Shown here piece by piece: positions 11,797 to 21,456 of a DNA stretch of 64,000 nt (position 1 is its first letter; every line of letters starts with the position of its first letter). A model generated the notes under the pieces. That model was given only the letters and a program-made list of their open reading frames with translations, was not told the origin of the DNA and did not search any database. Both the position numbers and the translations under genes were made by a program. The stretch covers positions 50,721 to 114,720 of the forward strand of contig RQSC01000011.1 of NCBI GenBank assembly GCA_013416795.1, read 5' to 3'. This DNA comes from Prasinococcaceae sp. CCMP 1430 (taxonomy: Eukaryota > Plantae > Prasinodermophyta).

Positions 11797-11832
11797 GACC
11801 CGACCGGACCGGACTGGACCGGACCGGACCGG
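11797..11832. repeat. (GGACC)n-type microsatellite just upstream of TBCB
   Basis: ggacccgaccggaccggactggaccggaccggaccgg. Confidence 0.85.
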
Positions 11833-11855
11833 CGCAGCACGCTCCCTCGGCAGCC

Positions 11856-12719
11856 ATGCCGAACGCCGCGGCGATGGCCGCCGGCATGAACATGCTCGAC
11901 CACGACGACATAGCTGCGCTCAAGGCGTACGTGCGGGCGCCCACCGGCAACAAGCGCGCCGAGGGCACGGTGCTGCTCGGCGTGACGCACTCGAACCTCC
12001 AGGCAGCGCTGATGGAGATCCGCTTCGACCGGCACATGACCATCGCCACCGTCAAGGCCAAGCTCGTCAGCCACACGGGAACAAACATCTCGGCGATGCG
12101 CCTGCTGCTGCGCGACGAGAACAGCAACACGCTCGCTGCGCTTGACGACGACTCCAAGATGCTCGGCTTCTACTCGCCGCAGGACGGCATGTCCTTGCAC
12201 GTCATCGACACCGACCCGACCTCGCTCTCCGCCGGCGGCTGGCTCGAGGACACCTCCAAGGTGGAAAAGTACAAGCTCTCCGAGGAGGCGTACGACGCGC
12301 GCGAGAAGTCCTATCGCAAGTTCAAGGCCGAGAAGCTGAAGGAGGACCCCGAGTGGTGCATCAAGAAGGAGATGGCCATGCGCCGTGGCGAGGAGTACGT
12401 CCCGCCCAATCCGGAGCTGCAGAAGGAGGAGGCCGATCAGATCAAAGTGGGCGACCGCTGCAAGGTCGAGCCGGGGGACAGGCGCGCGACCGTCCGTTGG
12501 GTGGGCAACCAGCTCAAGGCGCTGCCGGCGGGCTACTGGGTGGGCGTGGAGTACGACGAGCCGCACGGCAAACACAACGGCACGGTCAAGGGGAACGTGC
12601 TCTTCGAGTGTGCTGAAGGCCATGGCGCGATCGTGCGGCCGGTGCACGTGACCGTGGGCGACTTCCCGGAGGAGGAGATCGACTGGGACAACCTCTCGGG
12701 CTCGGACGACGAAATTTAG
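11856..12719 (+). CDS. TBCB: Tubulin-folding cofactor B (Ubl domain plus CAP-Gly domain)
   Basis: N-terminal Ubl (LDDDSKMLGFYSPQDGMSLHVIDTDP), VEKYKLSEEAYDAR, and CAP-Gly WVGVEYDEPHGKHNGTVKG...F.CAEGHG. Confidence 0.93.
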   Translation: MPNAAAMAAGMNMLDHDDIAALKAYVRAPTGNKRAEGTVLLGVTHSNLQAALMEIRFDRHMTIATVKAKLVSHTGTNISAMRLLLRDENSNTLAALDDDSKMLGFYSPQDGMSLHVIDTDPTSLSAGGWLEDTSKVEKYKLSEEAYDAREKSYRKFKAEKLKEDPEWCIKKEMAMRRGEEYVPPNPELQKEEADQIKVGDRCKVEPGDRRATVRWVGNQLKALPAGYWVGVEYDEPHGKHNGTVKGNVLFECAEGHGAIVRPVHVTVGDFPEEEIDWDNLSGSDDEI

Positions 12720-12975
12720 ATTGAAGGAGGTCGAGCGCAGACCCTCCTCCCGACTGCCAGGATACGGGGTAGCTGCGCAGACGGGCAGGCCTGTAACATA
12801 GCTCTGCACGAATCCCGACATATTCTGTGCCGCACCTGGCGCCCACGCACGCGCGACCTCGGAACGTGCCGTGCTGGTGCCGCCTTTACAACAACAGCAT
12901 GCGCAGGGGGCGCACGCGTTCGCCCCGCCGCAGCGGCAGCGTCGCTCAGCCGCGCATGCGCATCGCTCCGCGCCC

Positions 12976-14526
12976 TCACCCGTCGAGCAGGGAGGCGAGC
13001 TCGGCTCTCTGGCGGTCGACGAGCGACCAGATCTCCGAGACGCGATCGCGGTTGCGCTTGTACTCCCACGCCTTGTTTTCTGCCACGAGCTCGTCGAATG
13101 CCTTCACCTCCTGCGAAACGAGCTTATCCTCGAGGGCGTCGAGCTTGGATGTGTGCACATCGTGCGAGCCCTGGACAGAGTTCATGAGTGTGTCCTTGTC
13201 GGCAAGCAGCGCCTGCCCGACGTCGTTGCCCTCGAGGTCGACCTCGCCCGCGGCATGCTGCTCGAGCATTTCGAGCGCTGCGCGCGACACGCCCTCGAAG
13301 TAGGCGGTCTCGGCATCGCGCGCAGCCGCAAAGAAACTCGCGTAGTTCTGCTTGTTCCGGTCGACAATAGTGGAGTAGTGACCGTCAAACTCGCTCGAAC
13401 ACTTGGCAAGCACCTCCACGGTGTGCACCTCGAGCTCCATCAGCTTGTCCAGCAGTGCGTCGTTCTCCGCGCGGGGCACCCTCAGCAGCGATTCGGCCCT
13501 GCCCGGGTCCTCCTTGAGCTCGCGCAGCGCGCGCTTCTTGAGACGCTCGTATGCGACCACGGAGTCCTTGGCTGCATCATCTTGCCGTCCCATGAAGGCA
13601 GCCACCATCTCGCGGAACTCCGTCACCTCCTCGCGCTTGCGCTCGTGCTGCTCCAGCACGGCCGCCTGGAATTCGTTCACCAGTCTTGCGAACTTGTCGC
13701 GCAGGTCGCTCCGGCTGTCTGTGAGCCCAGGCAAACGCGCAAGCTTGTTGTACTCCTGGTCCTCGGCAAACATGTCGTCTATCAGGGTATCCACGCCCAC
13801 CATGTTCGCCTCGGCAAAGAACGCCTTTTGCTTCTTGCGCTCGCCCTCCTGCTGAGCCGCCTCCGCGGCCTTCGCCTCTGCCTCCTCCACCTCCATGAGC
13901 TCGTCTTGGTACTGCTCACGCGCCGCGGCCACGCTGTCGGGACGCACCAGTCGATAGTCCAGGTATCTGAGGTGCTTGAGGTGCGCCAGAACGTACGCCT
14001 GATACTCGGGGTCCTTGCACACGGGGTTGCCGCTGAGGTTGACCAGCCGCAGGTGGTCAAATCGCCGCAGGTACATGACGTTCTCCAGCTCGGCGATGGC
14101 ATTGTTGCCCACCGACAGCGCGTTGAGGCCCGTGAGCGCGTCGAGTGATTCGAGCCGTGTGATGCGGTTCGAGAACAGGCTCAGGTCTTGCAAGCGTGTG
14201 AGAGTCTCCAGGCCCTCGATGCGCTCTATGTTGTTGAAGGACAGGTCCAACCACGTCAGGTTGGTCAGGTGCCCCAGGTTTTCGATCTTCGAGATGATGT
14301 TGTTGTCCAGCTGTAGCTTGGTGAGCGCGGACAGCCCCCTCAGGTTGTCCACGCGACTGAGGTTTTTGAAGGAGAAGATGAGCGTCTCGACCTCGTGCAG
14401 CGCTGTCTCGCGGCGCTTCTCGTCTGCAGCCTGCGCATCGGACGAGGCGGGCGCATGCACCGGGATGCACGACTGCAGCAGTGCCTCGCTGATGACGTTG
14501 GGCTCCATGTTGTCAGCGATCGCCAT
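12976..14526 (-). CDS. DRC3: Dynein regulatory complex subunit 3 (LRRC48)-like: SDS22-type LRRs plus coiled coil
   Basis: MEPNVISEALL start, LSFKNLSRVDNLRGL...LTKLQLDNNIISKIENL, LRR cap LSGNPVCKDPEYQAYVLAHLKHLRYLDYRLV, long helical C-terminus. Confidence 0.8.
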   Translation of the reverse strand: MAIADNMEPNVISEALLQSCIPVHAPASSDAQAADEKRRETALHEVETLIFSFKNLSRVDNLRGLSALTKLQLDNNIISKIENLGHLTNLTWLDLSFNNIERIEGLETLTRLQDLSLFSNRITRLESLDALTGLNALSVGNNAIAELENVMYLRRFDHLRLVNLSGNPVCKDPEYQAYVLAHLKHLRYLDYRLVRPDSVAAAREQYQDELMEVEEAEAKAAEAAQQEGERKKQKAFFAEANMVGVDTLIDDMFAEDQEYNKLARLPGLTDSRSDLRDKFARLVNEFQAAVLEQHERKREEVTEFREMVAAFMGRQDDAAKDSVVAYERLKKRALRELKEDPGRAESLLRVPRAENDALLDKLMELEVHTVEVLAKCSSEFDGHYSTIVDRNKQNYASFFAAARDAETAYFEGVSRAALEMLEQHAAGEVDLEGNDVGQALLADKDTLMNSVQGSHDVHTSKLDALEDKLVSQEVKAFDELVAENKAWEYKRNRDRVSEIWSLVDRQRAELASLLDG

Positions 14527-15287
14527 GACCCGACGGGGCCGCGTGCGCTGCCACGTGCACTGCCGCCAGGCCTCCGCACGCGTCCGCGACAGCTCGCACA
14601 GGCTCCCGTCGCTCGTGCACTCGCGAGGCGGCGATGCCTCGCGCGCTCGAGCGGCCTATGCCGCTTCGCTCTGGGGAGGCGCCGCTGCTTGGCGGCGCAC
14701 AGCCTGCCTGCCGCCCGCGGCGCTGGCCAAATCGGCGCGGGCGCACAAGCGTGGGCACGCAACGGCACTCGCGCGCGAAGCGCGTGAAGAGGCGTGCAAG
14801 CCCCACCTCCACCCGCCCTGTCCCTGCGTGCGCTTCCGTTTCCCACCCCGGCCCCTTCCGGGTGACGCTCCCACGCGCCTGCCAGCGCCCACCCTCGCGC
14901 GCACCGAGCGAGCACCGACCGCCAGCCCGCGGGGCCGGTACTGCGCTCTGCCCGCGTGCGTATGCGTGTGCACCGGCGGCGCACCGAGTGGCGCACACTC
15001 GTGTGCCACGCCATGCGCTGCCCCTCCCGCGCCTTCCTTCCTCTTCCTCCCTCCACCGCCGCGCGTCAGTCCAGCGCGCGCCGGGCTAGGCACGCCGTTG
15101 CGCTCCTCCCTGGACGGCGCGGCGCGGCGCCCGCGAACCGCTTGCGTCGCGGCCTCGTGCGAGCCCGGCCGAAAGCCCGGCCGGGGCGCTGCACAGGACC
15201 GACCACCGGACGGGTTGCGCGCCGCGGCGCCCCCCCGGCGGCGGCAGCCCCGGTCCGCTTTCGGCGCGCGGCGTTGCCCGCCGCGCA

Positions 15288-15314
15288 GTCGGTCGGTCGG
15301 TCGGTCGGTCGGTC
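15288..15314. repeat. (GGTC)n microsatellite
   Basis: gtcggtcggtcggtcggtcggtcgg. Confidence 0.85.
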
Positions 15315-16300
15315 GGGGAACGCGCAGAACGTGTTGGCGGGCATGGAATTCCCCATGTAAACCTCAGTGAATCCGAAGAGGATCGAAGGAGCTGCGACGG
15401 GGAAAACGCGCAAACCCCAAAGAAAACCCGGGGCGCAGGCCCGACCGAGGCACCACTGACGGACGGCGATGCCCTGCCGGCCAGCTGCAGCCAGCCTGAA
15501 GACCGACTGAGCCCGGCCGGACGCCGCTCCTTCCATGGACGCGGTCGGCTTGCGAATTAGGATCAGCAGAGCTTTGCAGACTTGCAAGATCGATCGACGA
15601 ACGGATGGCGCAGCTGACGCCACGCCGCGGCGGGGCGCAGACCCGAATGAAAAGGGCGATTGAAAGTGTGGACCACCTCCGCGCTTCGGGGGCACTTTTT
15701 TTTCGCCGAATTCGAAGGTGGCCGACAAACGCGAATGTCCCGTGGGTTGATGTGATGTAGATATAGATCTGATATCAAAGTTGGATGCGTTGAGGCGAAA
15801 ATCAACGCGAAGGGGGCACAGGTGGGCCGCGTGGGCGTCGAATGGGCGCCCGTTTTATTGTTGGGCCCTCGGAATGCCCCCCAAACAAACGCTTTGCGCG
15901 GATGCGCGCGCGCCGCGAAACGGGGCGGGGCGGCCCATCGCGCCGCATGCGCAGAGGCGGCGCGCGGCGCGCGGCAGGAGTTTCGGCGCTCGCCGTCCGT
16001 TTTTTTTTTTCGTGCGCGCGCGCGCGCGCGATTCATTCCGAGTGGTGCAGAGCGAGCGCGCGGGGTGGGCGGTGAGGGCCGGTGCCGGGAGTCGCCGAGG
16101 ATGGGTGGAGGGGGGAACGTGCGGGCGGGAGGGCGGAGGAACAGGCCTCGTGCCACTCCCCGCCGCGCGCGAGCGCGCGTGCCGCCGCGGCCGGCGTGCC
16201 GCGCCGCCCACGCGCCCGTCTGAGCCCGCGTCACTTCGCCCCACTACCCCCACCCCTTGCCCCCCGCGCCTGGCGCGCCTGTGCCATCGCGTGAGCAGCG

Positions 16301-17679
16301 ATGGCTGCGGCGGTGATGGCGCACGGCGCCTCAGCGGCGGCGACGGCGTCAGCCACTGCGCAACCCGCGGCTGGAGCGACACGGCGCGTGGTCGCAAGGC
16401 CGCCGCCCCGCGCGCGCCGCGCAGCCACGAAAGCTGTGCTGCGCTGCGTGCCGCATCGCATCGCCGCCACCGAGGCCGTTGCGCCTGAGGGCGGCAGCGA
16501 CAGCGCCAAGCCGTCGTGGTTCGAGGCGTACATGCGCGTGTCATCGATGGTGACGAATCTCTTTCCCGTGTGGACGGTGATCGCGGCCTTGCTCGCCCTC
16601 AAGCGGCCCGAAACCTTCCTCATGATCTCAACCGACAAGTTCACCGCCGCGCTTGCCGTGCTCATGTTCTCGATGGGCATCACGATGACGGTCGAGGACT
16701 TCAAGAGGGTGGTCCGCCAGCCCAAGCCGGTGGCGATCAACTTCGTTTGCTGCTACGTGGTGCGTGCGAGCGCGCGCGATCGCGGCCGAGCGCAGCGGTG
16801 ATGCCGCTCCTTCTCCGCGTTCCGAGAGCACGACTTCGCCCGCGTCGGTCGCACCATGCTGACCGCACCTGCCGCGCTGCCCTGACCCCCCCAAATCCCT
16901 TCGTGCGTCGTGTCCCCCGTGGCGCCCTCGCGCACGCCATCGCCGGTCCTGGCGCGGCGCTTATCGTGCAGATCATGCCACTCCTCGGCATGCTCCTGGG
17001 CAAGGCTGCTGGCCTGAGCCCCGCGCTGGTGGCGGGCCTGGTGCTTGTTGGCTCCATTAACGGCGGGCAGGCGTCGAACCTGTGCACGTACATCGCCAAG
17101 GGCGACGTCGCCATGTCGGTGCTCATGACGACCTCGACGACGATCGGCTGCGTGTTCATGACGCCCCTCATCGCCAAAGTGGTGCTGGGTGCCATCGTGG
17201 CGGTGGACGCCATGGGCATCGCCATGTCGACCCTCCAGGTGGTGCTCGCGCCGATCGCGCTGGGCGTCACGCTCAACGCGACGGTGCCGAAGTTCTGCCG
17301 CGCGGTGGAGCCCATCTGCCCGGTCATCGGCGTCGCCGCTACCGTCCTGCTCGTCGGCGCGTCGGTCGCGCAGTGCGTGGAGCCCATCATCAACGCTGGC
17401 CTCGAGCTGCAGGTGGCCGTGGCCTTGCTCCACCTGCTCGGCGGCGCGATTGGCTTCCAGCTCGTCAAGCGGCTCGGCTTCGACGAGACAACCGCGCGCA
17501 CCACGGCCATTGAGACGGCCATGAAGAGCTCCGCATTCGGCTTCCTGCTGGCGTCGCAGCACTTCTCCGAGTACATCGTGCGCGTGCCCTCGGCCGTGTC
17601 AGTCGTGTGGATGGCCGTCATGGGCAGCAGCATGGCTGTCTTCTGGCGTTTCAGCGGCCCCCCCAGCGATGCAAAGTAG
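16301..17679 (+). CDS. Bile acid:sodium symporter (BASS) family transporter with a plastid-like transit peptide; exons 16301-16759 and 16972-17679
   Basis: LMFSMGITMT, GGQASNLCTYIAKGDVAMSVLMT and ARTTAIETAMKSS motifs; GTGCGT...GCAG intron in phase 0. Confidence 0.9.
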
Positions 17680-17732
17680 GGCGAGGGCCGCGGCGGCGCG
17701 GCGCCCTCGCCCCGCGCTCCGTCTCCCCCTGA

Positions 17733-17753
17733 CACACACACACACACACACAC
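17733..17753. repeat. (CA)n microsatellite
   Basis: Read directly, downstream of the BASS stop. Confidence 0.85.
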
Positions 17754-18178
17754 ATAACCCCGGAGGCGAGCGTGCGTGCGCGCGCGAGCCCGCGCTCACT
17801 CCGGCCGGGGCGCCGCCCCGCCCCTGCCGGGGCCATTTTAAGCGCACAGGCAGATTTATTTTTCGTCGCCCGTCCGAGCCCCCCTCGGGGCCCCCTGCCC
17901 TGCATTGCCATTGCGCCCCACCGCCCCACCCGCCCCATCAAAAACAAAGTCCCACCCACCCATGCCACCCAGCCGGCGAGCCAGCCAGGCCCCAGCCGAG
18001 CGCGGGCGGCCCGCGGATATTTCGGTCGGCGCGCGCGCTTGGGCCGCCGCCGCGCGCGTGAGAGTCCATCGTTCTGCATGCGGCCGGCGCGCGGATTTTT
18101 CGCACGCGCCGATTCGGATTTTTTGCGGCGCGCTCGCTCGGGGCGGCGAAAGTTTTCGAATTTCGGTGCGCGCGCGCG

Positions 18179-20399
18179 GTTCGCTTCGGCCGCGTCGAGG
18201 GCGAAAACCGCGGCGCCGACGGCGCGGCGCTGTTCGACCCGCCGCGCGAGCGCACGGACGACCTCTTCTGGCTGCGCGACGACAAGCGCGAGGACGAGGA
18301 GGTGCTGGCGCACCTGCGCCAGGAGGTGCGTGTCGATCAGGCGTGTCGATCAGGGGACCGTGCGCTGGGGCAGGCTTGCTGACGCGCGCGGCGCGGCGCG
18401 GCGCGCGCTCGCGCAGAACGCCTACTTCGCCTCCGAGGCCGAGGGCGCGCTCAAGCCGTACCATGACACCTTGTACGCCGAAACCAAGGCGCTGCTGAAG
18501 GAGACCGACGTGGACGCGCCCGTGCCGCGCGGCGATTGGGAGTACTACGCGCGCACAGTGGAGGGGAAGTCGTACCGCATCCGCTGCCGGCGGCCGCGCG
18601 GCGGCGAGGGGAGCGAGGGGGAGGAGGTGCTGCTGGACGAGAACGTGCTCGCGGCCGCATCCAAACACTGCGAGGTGGGCGCCGTGGCCATATCGCCTTC
18701 GCAGAACCTGATGGCGTACAGCGTGGACCGCACCGGGTACGAGACGTACACGGTGCACTTCCGCGACCTGCGCACGGGCGAGGAGCACGCCGACGTGCTC
18801 GAGGGCGAGGTCGACTCCGGGATAGTCTGGGGCCCCGATGACACGTGCGTGTTCTACACGACCATGGACGACCAGCACCGCCCCTTCAAGCTGTGGCGCC
18901 ACACGCTCGGGACGCCGCAGGCCGATGACGAACTGCTCGTCGAGGAGTCCGACGAGCTATTCTGGATGGGCTTCTTCAAGAGCCGCTCCGGCCGATTCCT
19001 CTTCTGCCAAGTGGAGGCCAAGGAGACGGGCGAGATGCGCGTGATCGACCTCCACGCGCGGACGCCCGAGGAGCGCGCCCCGCGCCTCCTCGCGCCGCGT
19101 GAGGAGGGCGTCCTGGTAGAGGCCGAGCACCTGGGCGGCGACACGCTCGCAATCCTTACCACGGCCGACGACGCGATCAACTTCAAGCTGCAGACCGCCC
19201 CCGTGCCGCCCGTCGGCGGCGCCGAGGACCGCTCGGCCTGGAGCGACGTGGCGTCGCTCCCGTATGCTGGCGAGCGCAACCTCATATCGCTGGAGCCTTT
19301 CGAGAATGCGCTGCTCGTCGAGGGTCGCCGCGCGGGGTACACTCGCGTGTGGCGCATGGATGTCGAGGACGGGCAGGTGGTGTCGCCGCCGAAGGAGGTG
19401 GAGTTCGAGGCGGAGGCGTGCGAGTGCGGCGTAGGGAGCAACCTCGAGTTCGCGACGGGCACCGTGCGGTTGCACTACAGCTCGCTGGTCACCCCCGCGC
19501 AGGACATCGACTTGTCGCTCGCCACCGGGGAGATGGCGGTGGTGAAGGAGAAGGAGGTGCCCGGGTACGACCCCTCCCAGTACGAGGTCTCCTTCGAGAC
19601 GTGCGTCGCCCGCGACGGCACGGAGGTGCCCATCTCGCTCGTGCACCGCAAGGGCGCGCGCGGCGCCGACGGCAAGACCCCCGCGCCGATGCTGCTGTAT
19701 GGCTACGGCTCTTATGGCATCTGCATCGATCCCAGCTTTGACTACAAGGTCGTTCCGCTGCTGGACCGCGGCATGGTGTTCGCGATCGCGCACATCAGGG
19801 GCGGCGGCGAGCTCGGTAGGCCGTGGTACAAGGAGCAAGGCAAGTTCCTGACGAAGCTCAACACCTTCACTGACTTCGTCGACTGCGCGCAACACCTCGT
19901 GGACAACAAGTGGACGCGCAGTGAGGTGCTGGCCATCAACGGGCGCTCGGCCGGGGGGCTGCTGATGGGCTCTGTGATCAACATGGCGCCGTCGCTGTTC
20001 AGGTGTTGTGTCGCAGGGGTGCCGTTCGTGGACGTGATGACGACCATGTGCGACGCAAGCATACCCTTGACGATCGGAGAGTGGGACGAGTGGGGCAACC
20101 CGAACGCGCCGCAGTACCATGATTACATGCTGTCGTACAGCCCAATGGAGAACATCCAGGAGGATGCCTCGGACTATCCCACCGTGTTCATCACGGCAGG
20201 TCTGAACGACCCCCGAGTGGCCTACTGGGAGCCCGCCAAGTGGGCCGTGCGCCTGCGCGACGCCGGCGCGCGCGTGCTCGCGAAGTTTGACCTCGACTCC
20301 GGCCACTTCTCCGCCTCGGATCGCTACAAGTACATCTCTGAGCGGGCGTGGGACTACGCGGTCGTGCTGCGCGAGTTGGGGCTGCCCCCCGAGAAGTGA
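18179..20399 (+). CDS. ptrB: Oligopeptidase B (prolyl oligopeptidase S9A); intron 18326-18416; true start unresolved
   Basis: DDLFWLRDD N-terminal motif, beta-propeller, LLYGYGSYG, AHIRGGGELG, catalytic GRSAGG, TAGLNDPRVAYWEPAKW, SGHF. Confidence 0.93.
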
Positions 20400-21456
20400 G
20401 CGCGCGAGTGGCCGCCGCCGCAGCGGCGGCGGCGGCGGCGCTCGCGCGCGCGCGTCCCCAGGTGTAACGCGCGCTGCCTGGATGTGCGCGCTGCCTCTCG
20501 CCGGCGCCGGCACTGCCGCCGCCGCCGCCGCCGCTGCGGCGCCGCGCCGTGCGCCTCGCTCGGGAGGGAGATTCGCCAATGTTCGTCGTACACCCTCACT
20601 TTGAATAAGTTCCGGTTGATGCCGCATGCATTTGATACAGTAGGACTACGTACGTACAGTCAAGTCCTGGACGCGCGAGTCGGCGCTGCGCGCGCGCGCG
20701 CGCGCGCGCGGCCAACCGCCGGCGGTTACATTGGAAAATATGCCGTCAAAAAACATGTTCTCACGTGCCCAGGACGTAACGGTACTACAGCACAGTACTA
20801 CCATCCGGATGGTGGATGTGTCCAGAAGAAGAAACTGCCTCATCAGAGTCTCTCGCCGAAACAGCGAAACCGCCAACCACCACCGCGCGCCGTAGCGACC
20901 TGCGGGGGCGCCGTAGCTCGAGCGGCGAGGCGCCCGGGGCGCGGTGGGGGCGCGCCACGCGGCGAGCAGGGCGCGCCTCGGGGCGATCTCCCGGGCCGAG
21001 GCGCCCGCCCCCGAGGCGGGTGGGTGGGCACACGCTCCGGCTCTCGGCTCCGCCGCCCTCGCGTTCGTCTGGCGCGATGGGGCCCGCACCGGACCAGGGG
21101 GGCTCTGTGGGAGGTCAGGCTGTGCAGCGCCGCGCGAGTGCGAGCCTGGGCGCCGCGTGGCGCCGCACGAACGGCACCGCTGCGCTGCGCACGCTGCCGT
21201 GCGCGGGCATCGGCGAGGCGTTCCCCGCGGGAGCGCCCCCGCGCGCGCTCCCTTGCGGGCCGCTTCGCCCCCGCGACGTGCACGGGGGGCGTTCTCAGTG
21301 CCTTGCTGTGGCGATAGCAAAGCGACGCGGCGCGATGGCTCGACTCGTGCGCGTGGCGCGACCTCAGCGCGTCCGCCCAGTCTGCTGCATCTGCTGCTGA
21401 CGCGTGCCCTCTGCCACCCCGCCCACCTCTCCGTGTGCCCTAGTCCCTGTGAACAG

